64,000 nucleotides of DNA from Candidatus Dojkabacteria bacterium (GCA_016929645.1 JAFGIK010000028.1:11402-75401); one strand, 5' to 3'. Positions 1-12,021 are shown, counted from the first letter of the stretch. Numbers and translations: made by a program. Notes: generated from the sequence alone by a model not told the origin.

Positions 1-966
1 TGCATCTTTTATTGCTTTCTCACAAGGACCTACCGTCTTTTCAACAAGTTCCATAACAAGCTTTTCTAGCTCAGCTCTTGTCATCTCACGATTCAAATGT
101 TTTGCACCTTTATCATCGGCTGTGATAAATGGAATATTAATTGTTGTTTTCTCTGATGTAGAAAGCTCGATCTTCGCCTTTTCAGCAGCTTCTTTTAAAC
201 GTTGTAATGCAGTTCTGTCATCTCTTAAATCGATTCCTTCTTTTGATTTAAATTCATCAGCAAGGAAATCAATAATAACCTGATCAAAGTCATCTCCACC
301 AAGATGTGTGTCACCATTTGTAGAAAGTACCTCAAAAACGCCATCTCCAATTTCTAAAATCGAGATATCAAACGTACCTCCACCAAGGTCAAACACTGCA
401 ACTTTTTCTTCTTTCTTATTATCCATGCCATAGGCTAAAGCTGCAGCAGTAGGTTCATTAATAATTCTTTTCACATTGAAACCCGCAATTTTACCTGCAT
501 CCTTGGTCGCCTGTCTTTGTGAATCATCAAAATATGCTGGAACTGTAATAACAGCATCTTTTACTTCTTCTCCAAGATAATCTTCAACATCTGTTTTAAT
601 TTTCTGCAAAACCTTAGCAGAGATCTCCTGTGGCGACATCCAATCAGGACCAAATTTGATTTCAATACCGCCCTTTGAAGATTTTTTCATCTCAAATGGT
701 AGAAGCTTAACATCTTTTTGTACTTCTGGATCATCCCACGATCTACCAATAAGTCTTTTAACTGAATAAATAGTGTTTTCGGGATTTGTTACTGCCTGAT
801 TTTTAGCAGGTGAACCTACTATCAATTCTCCATTATCTCCTAAAGCAACAACAGACGGAGTTAACCTACTCCCCTGAGAATTAGCAATCACGGTCGGAGT
901 ACCGCCTTGCATAACTGATGCAACAGAATTTGTTGTACCAAGATCTATACCTACAATTTTACTCAT
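1..966 (-). CDS. dnaK: Chaperone DnaK (Hsp70), 5' part; runs off the window start
   Basis: Manual translation from ATG at 966: [14 protein letters not shown]..., [27 protein letters not shown]; follows hrcA-grpE. Confidence 0.97.
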   Translation of the reverse strand, partial: MSKIVGIDLGTTNSVASVMQGGTPTVIANSQGSRLTPSVVALGDNGELIVGSPAKNQAVTNPENTIYSVKRLIGRSWDDPEVQKDVKLLPFEMKKSSKGGIEIKFGPDWMSPQEISAKVLQKIKTDVEDYLGEEVKDAVITVPAYFDDSQRQATKDAGKIAGFNVKRIINEPTAAALAYGMDNKKEEKVAVFDLGGGTFDISILEIGDGVFEVLSTNGDTHLGGDDFDQVIIDFLADEFKSKEGIDLRDDRTALQRLKEAAEKAKIELSTSEKTTINIPFITADDKGAKHLNREMTRAELEKLVMELVEKTVGPCEKAIKDA

Positions 967-1053
967 TTTTAATTAATAATAATTTTAATTAATATATACT
1001 ATGTCAAAAGCATTTAGACATAGAGGCAGAAAAAGCCTATTTCTTACAAAAAA

Positions 1054-1665
1054 CTATTTCTTAGTTGAATTTGCTTTGCTCACTATAACTCTTGTCGGTC
1101 TAATAATGATATCCCCTATCTTATATCCAGATTGAATAACCCTTGCAATATGTCCATCCTTGCCTTCATTTAATGTCCCAATTGCTTCATGAACGTTTGC
1201 ATCAAATTTATCGCCTTTCTTGCACTCAATAATTTCAGCACCAAGATTTGTAATAACACTTCGAAACTTTTCAAGTATTTGCAAAATTCCATCTCTCCAA
1301 CCCTTTTCATCAGTCACACGATCCACAGCCATATCTATATCGTCGGCAACATTGATAACTTGTCGCACTAAATCAGTACGTAAAAGACTAGTTTCAAAAT
1401 CTAAACGTTTATCCATCTCCCTCTTAAGATTCTGATAATCAGCAAGTGATTTCTTCAACTGTAATTCAAGTTCACCAATTTTTTCTAAATTCTTATCCTG
1501 TCCATGTTCTAATGGATTCATATTGCCAGGTGCTTCAACCGACGAATTTTCAGAAAACTCTTTTCGTTCAAAATCTGAAGCTGAGGAAGTTTCAATATTT
1601 GAAGATTTTGTTGACTCATTGATCTCATTATTATCTTTATTAACCTTGTTACTATTTTTATCCAT
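1054..1665 (-). CDS. grpE: Nucleotide exchange factor GrpE
   Basis: ADYQNLKR, FDANVHEAI, QSGYKIGDIIIRPTRVIV; between hrcA and dnaK. Confidence 0.95.
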   Translation of the reverse strand: MDKNSNKVNKDNNEINESTKSSNIETSSASDFERKEFSENSSVEAPGNMNPLEHGQDKNLEKIGELELQLKKSLADYQNLKREMDKRLDFETSLLRTDLVRQVINVADDIDMAVDRVTDEKGWRDGILQILEKFRSVITNLGAEIIECKKGDKFDANVHEAIGTLNEGKDGHIARVIQSGYKIGDIIIRPTRVIVSKANSTKK

Positions 1666-1693
1666 AAAAAACTAATCAAAAATAAATTAAAAA

Positions 1694-2416
1694 TTACCAA
1701 CCTCTCACTGACTCTTCAACCATTTTTTTAATATATCTAAGTGCAGGAATCGCATTATCATATCTCATCCTCCTTGGACCGAGAACCCCGATATATGCCT
1801 TTTTGCCACTAATGTAATCCGCTTCTGTAAAAGCTACAGAGCATTTGTCAAGATTTTTTACCTCGAATTCCTCTCCGATTAATATGCACACATCCTCTGA
1901 AATTCTTCGAGAGAAAAGCTCCCTTATTTCCCGAACATTCTCAGTAATATCTATTAATTTCTCAAGGACATCAACCTTCCTAAGTTCAGAAAACTGAGGA
2001 AGCAATGACATACCTTTATACCAAAATTTATCATCAACAAGAGCTATAGACATACAATGTGTACGATTTGTAAGATAAGTTAGTATTTCATCAAACAAAT
2101 CAGCCGCAGAAAATCTTTTCTTGTAAATAAACATCCGAACCTTCACCTGTTCACCATTTGAAACCTCTCTCTCCTTCATCATCTCTTTAACATAATATCT
2201 AAATCCTAAATCCGTCGGTAATCGTCCAGAAGAAGAATGCTCTTTAACTAGGTATCCAAGATTTGTTAGCTCAGCCATCTCATTTCTAACAGTAGCTGGA
2301 CTTACTTTTAAGCTATACTTCTCAACAAGACTTGATGAACCAACAGCCTCTGCACTACTCATAAATTCCTTGATAATTGCACTGAGTATTTTTTCTTGTC
2401 TTTCTGAAATTGTCAT
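1694..2416 (-). CDS. hrcA: Heat-inducible transcription repressor HrcA (short form)
   Basis: wHTH ERQEKILSAII..VSPATVRNEMAEL..HSSSGRLPT, C-terminal GVLGPRRMRY; ATG 2416 preferred over track start 2431, which lies inside the CIRCE. Confidence 0.95.
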   Translation of the reverse strand: MTISERQEKILSAIIKEFMSSAEAVGSSSLVEKYSLKVSPATVRNEMAELTNLGYLVKEHSSSGRLPTDLGFRYYVKEMMKEREVSNGEQVKVRMFIYKKRFSAADLFDEILTYLTNRTHCMSIALVDDKFWYKGMSLLPQFSELRKVDVLEKLIDITENVREIRELFSRRISEDVCILIGEEFEVKNLDKCSVAFTEADYISGKKAYIGVLGPRRMRYDNAIPALRYIKKMVEESVRGW

Positions 2417-2424
2417 CTTTACAT

Positions 2425-2451
2425 TTAGCAATTAAGTTACATGATTGCTAA
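2425..2451 (-). promoter_or_regulatory. CIRCE operator (variant)
   Basis: TTAGCAATC-N9-AATTGCTAA on minus strand versus canonical TTAGCACTC-N9-GAGTGCTAA, just upstream of hrcA. Confidence 0.85.
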
Positions 2452-2456
2452 TCCCA

Positions 2457-2485
2457 AGCATATATGAATTAGTTTCGATTGTCAA
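2457..2485 (-). promoter_or_regulatory. Sigma-70 promoter of hrcA-grpE-dnaK
   Basis: TTGACA(2485-2480)-17 nt-TATGCT(2462-2457); start site falls on the CIRCE. Confidence 0.75.
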
Positions 2486-2631
2486 CAAGATAATGAACAA
2501 TTGAATGATTTAATTACTAAATGTAGCCAAATAATATAACTAATTTAAATTGAAATATAATTGATCTTTTCTTTTAAGTACATTCAATATCTTGTTATTA
2601 TCTCATTTTTTTGCTATAGTTCACGTTGTAT

Positions 2632-3333
2632 ATGAAAAATATCAAATTCAAAGCTGAAGAAAGAAAACTCAATGAAGCAATTGATACAGATAAATATGTA
2701 TCTGGCGTAGCATACGATCAATCTGGTAACTCAACAAATATCAAATTAAACAGAAAAGATCTTAGAGCTATACTAAAACTCGTTGATAAAAGCACAATTT
2801 CAATGATTGAAATGCCTGACGGCAAGGAATACAAGTGCTTAATCAAAGAAACCCAGATAGACCAGAGATCAACCAAAATCCAGCATCTTTCATTTATGTT
2901 ACTTGACGATAACAAACAAGCCAAACTTCCAATTATGATTAAATTGGAGAACGAATCAGAGGCCGTTAAAAATAATCTCGGAATTCTAATAAAGACAAGA
3001 AATTTTATCCTTATAAAGGCATTTCCAAAAGATGTTCCAGAATCACTTACACTAGATATTTCTAGACTTAAGGATGTTGGAGAAAGCCTACTTGTTGAGG
3101 ATCTCAATTTACCTGAGAATATCAAACTCATTCACGAGAAAGATGCGAAACTAGTAGTAGTTTCAATACGACCACTTCAGAAAGTCGAGGAATTTAAGCC
3201 TGTCGTAACAGCTGAGACTGCTGAAGAAGGCGCTGAAGGAGAAGAAGGAGAAACTCCTGCAGAAGGAGAAGGTACAGAAGGCACTGATGCCGTCGAAACA
3301 TCTGAGGCCACAGCAGAGACTAACGAAAAATAG
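2632..3333 (+). CDS. rplY: 50S ribosomal protein bL25/Ctc with acidic tail
   Basis: GVAY, LIKETQID..IQHLSF, PKDVPESLTLDISRL; Glu-rich C-terminus. Confidence 0.85.
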   Translation: MKNIKFKAEERKLNEAIDTDKYVSGVAYDQSGNSTNIKLNRKDLRAILKLVDKSTISMIEMPDGKEYKCLIKETQIDQRSTKIQHLSFMLLDDNKQAKLPIMIKLENESEAVKNNLGILIKTRNFILIKAFPKDVPESLTLDISRLKDVGESLLVEDLNLPENIKLIHEKDAKLVVVSIRPLQKVEEFKPVVTAETAEEGAEGEEGETPAEGEGTEGTDAVETSEATAETNEK

Positions 3334-3390
3334 CAGAAGATTAATATATAATCCTCAATAACCATTAACTGTTTTCATAGCCTCGATTTG

Positions 3391-3705
3391 TTAATATAAA
3401 CGATCAGAACAATTAGTCTGAAAATCTTCTTTATACATACTGGAACCATCAGAATCAAAGATTTCATACGTGACTTCATCAATTTTATATTGATTTCTAC
3501 AGGTCTCAGGAAATAACAGATAATCATGACTATCATTATTGTATGACTTATCAACAATCGTCTTACTAGGAAGTATAGGATTAAAAAGGAAATCCCAAAG
3601 GTTCAAATTAAAGAGGATAACCCAAATAGGGGGAAAAAAAGAAAATAAAATTGCTAAAGAAATTAGTAAAATAACAAGAATATTGCGTTTCTTTTTAACA
3701 ACCAT
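3391..3705 (-). CDS. Small hypothetical membrane protein
   Basis: 104 aa, basic N-terminus then hydrophobic helix; directly after rpsG. Confidence 0.55.
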   Translation of the reverse strand: MVVKKKRNILVILLISLAILFSFFPPIWVILFNLNLWDFLFNPILPSKTIVDKSYNNDSHDYLLFPETCRNQYKIDEVTYEIFDSDGSSMYKEDFQTNCSDRLY

Positions 3706-3747
3706 TTATCACACAAAAGTGATAGATAAATTAATATCGATATAATT

Positions 3748-4215
3748 TTACCATCTAAAATGAGCAAACGCTTTGTTAGCCTCTGCCATTTTCTCTGTGT
3801 CCTGCTTCTTCTTCACAGCTTCACCTTCGCCCTTATAGGCATCAACAATTGCAGCAGTCAGAAATTCTTTAAAATCTTTGCCTGATTTTGAGCGAGATAT
3901 ACTTATCAAACACTTAAATGCAAGAGCTACTTGTCTTTCCTGTGTTACTGGAACAGGTACCTGATAGGTTGCACCTCCTACACGTCTTGAACGCACTTCA
4001 ACAGAAGGAGCAATATTTTTTATTGCTACTTCGAGTATATCAAGTGGTTTCTCCTTAAGTATTGAAGAAGCACCTTCTAACGCACTGTAAACAGCCTTTT
4101 GTGCAGTTGATTTCTTTCCATCTAACATTGTATAGTTGATGAATTGTGAAACTTTTATACTACTATATATTGGGTCAGGTTGTATTTTTCTTTTTGATGC
4201 ACTCTTTCCTCGCAT
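3748..4215 (-). CDS. rpsG: 30S ribosomal protein uS7
   Basis: DGKKSTA, EVRSRRVGGATYQVP, MAEANKAFAHFRW. Confidence 0.98.
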   Translation of the reverse strand: MRGKSASKRKIQPDPIYSSIKVSQFINYTMLDGKKSTAQKAVYSALEGASSILKEKPLDILEVAIKNIAPSVEVRSRRVGGATYQVPVPVTQERQVALAFKCLISISRSKSGKDFKEFLTAAIVDAYKGEGEAVKKKQDTEKMAEANKAFAHFRW

Positions 4216-4236
4216 TTGCTTTAAAATATAAAATTA

Positions 4237-4686
4237 TTATTCGCTAGCTTCATTAGATGAACTGTCAGATCTTCCGGATGTATCACGTTTTGCACCATAT
4301 TTTGAACGGCCTCTCTGTCTTCCACCTACTCCCTCTGTATCATATTTTCCTCGAACTACAATATACCTAACACCTGGCAAATCTCTCTTCCTTCCTGCTT
4401 TTACCATTACAACAGAGTGCTCCTGAAGATTATGTCCCTCACCAGGAATGTATGCTGTCACAACAGCACCATTTGATAACCTTACTCTACAAATTTTACG
4501 AAGAGCAGAGTTTGGTTTCTTTGGTGTCATTGTCTTGACCAATACACATACGCCTCTTTTAAAAGGATTGTTAGCATAAGAGATACGGTTTTTTAACGTA
4601 TTTCTATTTAAGGCAAGAGAAATATGCTTCCTCTTCGCCTTTTTATTTTTTCTTGGTTTTCTTACTAATTGACTAATTGTTGGCAT
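4237..4686 (-). CDS. rpsL: 30S ribosomal protein uS12
   Basis: [42 protein letters not shown]. Confidence 0.98.
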   Translation of the reverse strand: MPTISQLVRKPRKNKKAKRKHISLALNRNTLKNRISYANNPFKRGVCVLVKTMTPKKPNSALRKICRVRLSNGAVVTAYIPGEGHNLQEHSVVMVKAGRKRDLPGVRYIVVRGKYDTEGVGGRQRGRSKYGAKRDTSGRSDSSSNEASE

Positions 4687-4703
4687 ATATAAATTGATAA
4701 AAA

Positions 4704-7700
4704 TTATTCGGCAATTTCTTCCAACTCAGAAAAATCGGTAATTCTTGCAGATTCGCCTACAGGAATTGGTCGTCCGATAATAACATTTTCTTTGAGACCA
4801 CGCAAATAATCGGTCTTACCAATTATAGCAGCTTCAGTCAAAACTCTCACCTGTTCTTGGAATGACATTGCAGACAGGAAACTCTCGGTCTTTAATGATG
4901 CTGCTGTTATTCCAAGCAAATTATCAATGACAAAAGCAGGTTTCTTACCCATAGATTCTAATTGGATGTTCTTCATCTGAGCAATGAATTTATTAACAAA
5001 AGAACCAATCAAATACGATGAATCTCCAGAATCAATTACTTTAGCCATCTTGCCCATCTGCCTAACAATACATTCAACATGCTTGTCATTCATAGAAATA
5101 CCCTGCTCTGTATAAACACTCTGAACTCCATCAATTACGTATTCCAAAACATTCAGCAAATTAACAGCTTCAAGATATGTTCTTGGATCAATACTTCCAT
5201 CTGTCAACACCTTACCAGCTTTTAATTCATCGCCACTGTTTACAAGGATTTTGTAAGTTGGCATTATAGTGAATTCTTCAAAGGCAGGAACCCGACCACT
5301 AATTTCAAGAACATTTCCAAATATCTTTACTGTACCTGCATAAGGAGCCTGTTGCTCTTTCTTTTCCTTATTTGCAAACAGTACTTCTCCCTCTTTAACC
5401 TTATCCCCAGACTTTACCATTAAATCTTCCACATTATTCAAATAATATCTTCTTGTAACGTCTTTTTCTCCATTTGCTTCAAGTGAGAAACTGCCATCTT
5501 CCTGTTCAATTATCTTTATCTTGCCATCAAATGGCATGACAAATGCAGCTTTCTTTGGATGTCGTGCTTCAAATAACTCAGTAAGTCTCGGAAGACCTCT
5601 CGTAATATCTGTCTGTAAAGCACCTCCTGCATGGAAAGTTCGTAGAACCATCTGAGTAGCAGGTTCACCCATAGCCTGAGCAGCAATGACACCAACAGCT
5701 TTACCTACCCCAATAAGCTTATTATCCCCCATATCATATCCATAACACTTAGCACAAAGACCAAGTGGTGATTGACATGTTAAAGGTGACCTAACTTCAA
5801 CAGACTGAACTCCAGCATCTGCAATTTCTCTTGCAAGATTGAAAGTAATTTCTTCGTTTTCACCAACAATAGGCTTCTTTGTCTTCGGGTCAAGAACTTC
5901 TTTGCTTGTCCATCTCCCTGCAATAAGATCAATAAATGGGACTCTTCTATTTAACATATCGTCATCCCGAACAATAGTATGACCTGTCCCTTTAAACCCA
6001 CAATCATCAGTTCTAACAATTAAATCCTGAGCAACATCAACCAATTTCCTTGTCAAATATCCACTGCTTGCAGTTCTAAGTGCCGTATCAGCTAAACCTT
6101 TTCTCGCTCCACGGCTAGCAGTAAAGAACTCAAATGCAGAAAGGCCTTTTGTATGATTACCTTTGATAGGAAGCTCGACCCAGTTACCTTCTGGATCTCT
6201 CATCATACCTTTCATTGCTACAACAGCGGCAGTCTGGGTTGGATATTTACCAGCTCCAGATTTGACCTGTTGATAAACAGGATTTGTTGTATCAATTTTC
6301 TCCCAGATAGCGTCTGATAATTTGTTAAAGATTTCGTTCCACATATCGATACTAAGTTGCTTCTTTTCATCATAGGTCAAAAGACCCATCATGTAATCTT
6401 CTTGAAGCTTTAGCTCTTTTTGATCACCTTCTGCAAGTACTTCTTCACGGTTAATATCAATCATAAAATCTTCAACCGCTATATCATATCCCATTTCTGT
6501 AGCATACTTGAAACCAAGCTCTTTTAATTTATCGAGAACTTCTATAGCATCTTTTAGTGGATATCTTCTCACAATATCTCGGATCAAATCAGAAAGAGAA
6601 CTTTTGTCGATAACTTTGTTTACAAATGGATAACTTTCAGGCATAGATTCATTGAAAATTATTCTACCTATAGAAGTCTCCTCAATTTTACCCTTAACTG
6701 ACACTCTGATCTTAGTATCAAGTGCTAACTGACCAACATCATAAGCAGCAACAGCTTTATTTTGATTAGAAAATGTCCTTGTTACTTCGGATTTTTCATC
6801 CATTTGAGTTAACAGATAATGACCAATATTCATATCCTTACTAGGAATAGCCCAGATACTACTATCAGCTAAAGCCACTATATTGTTTTGTGCTAACATT
6901 TTGTCTTCTACCTCGGCGACAGCATCTTTTGACAAAGGAATATAAACAGACATAGTATCCCCATCAAAATCAGCATTATAACTTGAACAAACAAGAGGAC
7001 AGATTCTAATGGCATCTCCCTCAACAAGTGTTGCAAAAAATGCCTGAATACCCTGTTTATGAAGAGTCGGAGCTCTATTTAACATAACAGGTCTATCCTT
7101 AATAAGCTCTGCTAGAATGTCCCATACAACTTCTTCTTCATCATCAATAATTTGCTTTGCAACTCTAATATTTGGAGCATACTCTAATTCCAAAAGCTTG
7201 TTTATTACAAAAGGTCTAAACATTTCCAAAACCATAGTTTTGGGAAGACCACATTGGTTAATTGTTAAATTGGTCGAACCAATAATTACCGAACGACCTG
7301 AATAATCGACACGTTTACCAAGAAGATTTCTTCGGAATCTACCTTTCTTACCACGAAGGTTATCTGTAAGTGCCTTGTACGGAAGCCTTCTCATGCTCAA
7401 GATTGGTCTGCTTGGTCTATGACTATTATCAATCAATGCATCGACAGATTCTTGTAACATTCGCTTTTCATTTCGTAGAATAACCTCAGGTGCTCCAATT
7501 TCAATTAATCTCTTAAGTCGATTGTTTCTGTTAATAACTCTTCTGTACAAATCATTAAGATCAGATGTCGCAAATTTACCACCAGGAAGTTGGATAATAG
7601 GTCTTAAATCTGGTGGAATAACAGGAACCACATCGAGAATCATCCATTCTGGCCGAAGATTATTCTTCAAGAAACCATCGACAAGTCGTATTCTACTTAC

Positions 7701-8624
7701 AAGCTTCGATCGCCTTGCAACTGAATCTGTAAGATTAATACTTTTCTGAATAGAGTCTCGAAGCAATTTAAGATCAATTCTGACCAACAACTCTCTTACT
7801 GCTTCAGCACCCATTTTGGCTGTAAAGAAGACATACTCTCGATCCTTCAAAAGGATAAACTCCTCTTCACTCAAAACTTCTCCGATAGCGATTTTTTCAA
7901 CAAGTTTTTTCAGGTCATCATACTCCTTTTCCAACTCCTCTTCTCTGTCAGCAAATTGCTTATGAAGCTTAGCTACTGTTTTTTTATTCTCATGCGTTAA
8001 TGTCTCGATTTGAAATTCAGATTTTGAATCAGATTTTTTCTGTATTTTTTTTATCTGACTTGAAAGTTCTTTCTCTTTCTCCTGCACCTCAACGTCTAAT
8101 TCTGATTGAAGTTCTTTTTTCTTCGTCTCAAGTTCAGAATCAATTGCAGGTAAAATCTCTTTCTTTTGATCTCCATCAACATCTGTAATTAAATACCTAG
8201 TATAATACACCACAGATAAAAGCTTCTTTTGTGAAATATCAAGAATTGTAGCAATCTTATTTGGAACGCTAAACGAATACCATACATGGGTAACAGGAAC
8301 ACAAAGTTTGATATGTCCCATTCGTTCACGTCGAACCTTGTTTGTAGTCACCTCTACACCACATTTGTCACAGATTATTCCTTTATATCGAACTTTTCTA
8401 TATTTTCCACAATAACATTCGTAATTTTTACTTGGACCAAAAATCTTTTCACACATTAATCCATCTGGCTCTGGTTTAAGTGTTCGATAATTGATAGTCT
8501 CTGCTTTTGTGATCTCTCCATGAGACCAAGAAAGAATTTGTTCAGGAGATGCTAATGTTACCTTTATAGCATCAAATGAATCGAACTTATTCTTCTTTTT
8601 CTTCTGGTTGTTGTTCGGCTCCAT
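4704..8624 (-). CDS. rpoC: RNA polymerase beta' subunit
   Basis: NADFDGD catalytic motif, zinc finger [30 protein letters not shown]. Confidence 0.99.
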   Translation of the reverse strand: MEPNNNQKKKKNKFDSFDAIKVTLASPEQILSWSHGEITKAETINYRTLKPEPDGLMCEKIFGPSKNYECYCGKYRKVRYKGIICDKCGVEVTTNKVRRERMGHIKLCVPVTHVWYSFSVPNKIATILDISQKKLLSVVYYTRYLITDVDGDQKKEILPAIDSELETKKKELQSELDVEVQEKEKELSSQIKKIQKKSDSKSEFQIETLTHENKKTVAKLHKQFADREEELEKEYDDLKKLVEKIAIGEVLSEEEFILLKDREYVFFTAKMGAEAVRELLVRIDLKLLRDSIQKSINLTDSVARRSKLVSRIRLVDGFLKNNLRPEWMILDVVPVIPPDLRPIIQLPGGKFATSDLNDLYRRVINRNNRLKRLIEIGAPEVILRNEKRMLQESVDALIDNSHRPSRPILSMRRLPYKALTDNLRGKKGRFRRNLLGKRVDYSGRSVIIGSTNLTINQCGLPKTMVLEMFRPFVINKLLELEYAPNIRVAKQIIDDEEEVVWDILAELIKDRPVMLNRAPTLHKQGIQAFFATLVEGDAIRICPLVCSSYNADFDGDTMSVYIPLSKDAVAEVEDKMLAQNNIVALADSSIWAIPSKDMNIGHYLLTQMDEKSEVTRTFSNQNKAVAAYDVGQLALDTKIRVSVKGKIEETSIGRIIFNESMPESYPFVNKVIDKSSLSDLIRDIVRRYPLKDAIEVLDKLKELGFKYATEMGYDIAVEDFMIDINREEVLAEGDQKELKLQEDYMMGLLTYDEKKQLSIDMWNEIFNKLSDAIWEKIDTTNPVYQQVKSGAGKYPTQTAAVVAMKGMMRDPEGNWVELPIKGNHTKGLSAFEFFTASRGARKGLADTALRTASSGYLTRKLVDVAQDLIVRTDDCGFKGTGHTIVRDDDMLNRRVPFIDLIAGRWTSKEVLDPKTKKPIVGENEEITFNLAREIADAGVQSVEVRSPLTCQSPLGLCAKCYGYDMGDNKLIGVGKAVGVIAAQAMGEPATQMVLRTFHAGGALQTDITRGLPRLTELFEARHPKKAAFVMPFDGKIKIIEQEDGSFSLEANGEKDVTRRYYLNNVEDLMVKSGDKVKEGEVLFANKEKKEQQAPYAGTVKIFGNVLEISGRVPAFEEFTIMPTYKILVNSGDELKAGKVLTDGSIDPRTYLEAVNLLNVLEYVIDGVQSVYTEQGISMNDKHVECIVRQMGKMAKVIDSGDSSYLIGSFVNKFIAQMKNIQLESMGKKPAFVIDNLLGITAASLKTESFLSAMSFQEQVRVLTEAAIIGKTDYLRGLKENVIIGRPIPVGESARITDFSELEEIAE

Positions 8625-11600
8625 CTGTATTATCAGCTTTGTTATAAATTAAATCGATATCAAGAGACAAGGCATTTAACTCCCTAATCAAAACTTTAAA
8701 TGATTCAGGAGTAGAAATTGTCTCAATTTTTTCTCCATGAATAATAGCTTTGTACGCGTCTGCCCTACCCTTCACATCATCAGACTTGATAGTTAACATT
8801 TCCTGAAGGACTGTTGGAACACCATGAGCTTCAAGCGCCCAAACTTCCATTTCTCCAAATCTTTGTCCGCCCATCTGGGCCTTACCACCAAGTGGCTGTT
8901 GAGTTACAAGTGTATATGGACCAGTTGATCTTGCATGAATCTTCGTGTCAGCAATATGTTTCAACTTTTGAATATATTTCGGTCCTACTTTTATCTTCTT
9001 CTTGAAAGGATTACCCGTCCTACCATCAAATAATTTCACACGTTCATCAGTATTAACACCTTTTGATTTAGCTTCATCATACAACCAATCAATTCTAAGA
9101 TTTTCAAAGTTTGGTAAACCGATCCTTATACCAAGATCCTTTGCAATCTTTGCTAAACGTACTTCGAGCAACTGACCAACGTTCATACGTTTAATCATAA
9201 TTGGATTGATAATAATATCAACAGGAGTTCCATCTTCCATAAATGGCATATCCTCTACTGGCAAAATTCCCGAAATTGTACCCTTATCTCCATGTCTACC
9301 AGCAAGTTTATCTCCAAAAGAGATCTTCTTCGTATCTGCAACCCATACACTTACTCTTTTAAGAACGCCTGATGGCAATTTATCCCCATTCTCTACATCC
9401 AGTACTTGAGTCTTTATTACTACACCGTGCTGACCATGTGGAACTTTCAAGGAATTATCTCTAACATCATGGGCTTGCTCTCCAAAAATTGCTCGAAGAA
9501 GTCTTTCCTCTGATGTCAATTCCTGTTCTCCTTTTGGAGCAATGACACCAACAAGGATATCCTGAGACCTGACACGTGACCCTTCTCGGACAATTCCTTT
9601 TTCATCAAGGTTTTTAAGTGCTCTTTCGCTTGCATTTGGAATATCATTTGTTAAAACTTCTGGACCAAGTTCAGTTTCCTGAATCTCATGGTCATATTTT
9701 TTAATATGAATAGAAGTTAGCATATCATCTTTTACTACACGTTCAGAAATCAAAAATCCATCTTCATAAACATACCCATCAAGAATCATATATGCACAGG
9801 TAAGATTTGTACCGAGGGCAAGTTCTCCATTTTGAATTCCAGGACCATCAACTATCAAATCACCTTTCTTTAACTTTTGGCCTGAATTAACCACAGGCTT
9901 CTGACTGAAACACGTTTCATGGTTAGTACCCATAAATGTTGTTAATTCATAGGATTTATCAGTTTTCTGTCCTTTATACCTAACAACAACTTTTTCTGCA
10001 TCAACATATGTGATTTCACCATCTTCTTCTGCATAGATTGACCAACCCGTCTGCTTAGCAATCTCATCCTCATAACCAGTACCAACAATTGATGCCTGAG
10101 TTTTAAGCAATGGAACTGCCTGCTTTTGCATATTAGAACCCATCAATCCTCTTGCGGGATCATCATTATGACCACAAGCAATAGCTGCTAAACTGACACT
10201 ACAAATCTGAGATGGAGTAACATCCATAAGTTGAACATCTTGTGCAGGTCTCAAAAAGAAGTGACCCTCTGAACGTACGGAAACAAGTTTATCAAGGATG
10301 TTACCATTTTCATCAAGATTTATAGTAGACATAGTAATAACAAAGGCGTCATCTTCAGAAGGAGCTACATAAATAATCTCTTCACTTCTAAATGAGACAA
10401 CATTTATTTCTTTAATATCTGTTATCCTAGAAACTTTTTCTGCAGTAGCTTCTGTAATCTTTTCAAATGCTTTAACAACGACCTTCTTGGACTTTGGATC
10501 TTTAATATCCTCTAATGGAATTCTATTCAACAATGACTTTTTATTATTTTTTACTTTGTTTAAAACCTTGATGTAAGGAGCTTCAATAAAACCATATTCA
10601 TTAATTCGAGCATATAACGCAAGATTAATAACAACACCAATTGGCTGACCTTCTGGCGTCATAACAGGACAAAATCTTGAATAATGTGAATGATGAACAT
10701 CACGAACTGAAAACGTCGCACGTTCCTTTGTAAGACCACCAGGACCAACTGCCGTAACCTCTCTCTTCTGAGAAAGCTCAGCCATAATATTGTCCTGATC
10801 CATAAACCTACACAGCTGACCAGTACCAAAGAAGCTATTTACAGCTGCAGCAATAGGCTTAGTACTTATTAACATACTTGGGGTAACATTTGTGTCTTCA
10901 CCATGCATACTCATCCTATCTCGAATATTCTTTTCCATCCTAAGTACACCGGAACGTACTTCATCAACAAGAAGTTCACCAACGCTTCTAATTCTTCTGT
11001 TTGCCAAATGATCTAAATCATCCGGAGATCTCTTACGATTATGAAGTAATATAATATTTCGAATTATCTGAACAAGATCTTCATTGTACAATCTGTAATG
11101 TTCAGGTTTCATTTCAAAATCAAGTCCTAATTTCTTATTCAATTGATAACGCCCTACTCTACCCAAATCAAATCGTCTTTTATTGAAAAAGAATCCTTTA
11201 ATGTATTTCTCCGCCGATTCGATAGATACAGACTCATCAGGTCTAATCTTATTATAAATATCAATAACAGCCTGTTCTTTATTATGAGTACTATCTCGCT
11301 CCAATGTAGCTTCGATTAAATCACGATCAAGACCTATTACATCCTTAAATAGCTCGCGAATCTCATCATCAGAAGAGTAACCAAGTGCTCGAAGAAGTGA
11401 CGTTAATAAAATCTTTGGTCGCTTATTAACCAATCTCAAAGTCATAACAAGATGTTTATTTACCTCAAAAACAAACCACGGGCCATTCATAGGCATAAGC
11501 CTTGCAGAGTATAGCTTGTTGGTAACTGTACTTGTCTTACTCTCTTCAAACAATACACCTTCTGCTCTTACAATTTGATGAACTGTAACCTTAGTAACAC

Positions 11601-11991
11601 CATTGATAACAAAATAACCGTTTTTGGTCATAATAGGTACATCAGCTACAAAGATGGATTGTTCCTTAATTTCACCAGTTCTCTCACTTTTCAATCTCAC
11701 CGTAATATGTAACGGTGCATCGTATGAGAGATTTTTATCAATAGATTCACGTACAGTTCTATTTGGTTTCCCAAACTCAAAATCACCAAACTCTAATGTC
11801 CACATTTTTCCAAGAGTATCCTTAACTGGATTTATCTCGTTAAAAAGAGCTCTTACACCTTCAGATTTAAACCAATCAAAAGATCGATGCTGAGCTTCGA
11901 TGAAATTTGGCAGCGGCAATATTCTATCTGAAGTTCCAAGAACAAATCTGCCTGAAGTATTCTTGCGAGGAATAAATTCTCGAGTATCCAT
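8587..11991 (-). CDS. rpoB: RNA polymerase beta subunit
   Basis: GDKLAGRHGDKG, GGQRFGEMEVWALEA, PESFKVLIREL; overlaps rpoC start by 38 nt. Confidence 0.99.
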   Translation of the reverse strand: MDTREFIPRKNTSGRFVLGTSDRILPLPNFIEAQHRSFDWFKSEGVRALFNEINPVKDTLGKMWTLEFGDFEFGKPNRTVRESIDKNLSYDAPLHITVRLKSERTGEIKEQSIFVADVPIMTKNGYFVINGVTKVTVHQIVRAEGVLFEESKTSTVTNKLYSARLMPMNGPWFVFEVNKHLVMTLRLVNKRPKILLTSLLRALGYSSDDEIRELFKDVIGLDRDLIEATLERDSTHNKEQAVIDIYNKIRPDESVSIESAEKYIKGFFFNKRRFDLGRVGRYQLNKKLGLDFEMKPEHYRLYNEDLVQIIRNIILLHNRKRSPDDLDHLANRRIRSVGELLVDEVRSGVLRMEKNIRDRMSMHGEDTNVTPSMLISTKPIAAAVNSFFGTGQLCRFMDQDNIMAELSQKREVTAVGPGGLTKERATFSVRDVHHSHYSRFCPVMTPEGQPIGVVINLALYARINEYGFIEAPYIKVLNKVKNNKKSLLNRIPLEDIKDPKSKKVVVKAFEKITEATAEKVSRITDIKEINVVSFRSEEIIYVAPSEDDAFVITMSTINLDENGNILDKLVSVRSEGHFFLRPAQDVQLMDVTPSQICSVSLAAIACGHNDDPARGLMGSNMQKQAVPLLKTQASIVGTGYEDEIAKQTGWSIYAEEDGEITYVDAEKVVVRYKGQKTDKSYELTTFMGTNHETCFSQKPVVNSGQKLKKGDLIVDGPGIQNGELALGTNLTCAYMILDGYVYEDGFLISERVVKDDMLTSIHIKKYDHEIQETELGPEVLTNDIPNASERALKNLDEKGIVREGSRVRSQDILVGVIAPKGEQELTSEERLLRAIFGEQAHDVRDNSLKVPHGQHGVVIKTQVLDVENGDKLPSGVLKRVSVWVADTKKISFGDKLAGRHGDKGTISGILPVEDMPFMEDGTPVDIIINPIMIKRMNVGQLLEVRLAKIAKDLGIRIGLPNFENLRIDWLYDEAKSKGVNTDERVKLFDGRTGNPFKKKIKVGPKYIQKLKHIADTKIHARSTGPYTLVTQQPLGGKAQMGGQRFGEMEVWALEAHGVPTVLQEMLTIKSDDVKGRADAYKAIIHGEKIETISTPESFKVLIRELNALSLDIDLIYNKADNTDGAEQQPEEKEE

Positions 11992-12021
11992 ATATTTTAG
12001 TCCTATTATTAATAATTATAT

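Noticed and set aside
999-1040. Small hairpins between grpE and dnaK
   Set aside because: Short stems without U-tract or recognisable motif
7880-8180. Coiled-coil insertion in RpoC
   Set aside because: Lineage-specific insertions at this position are known; no intein motifs
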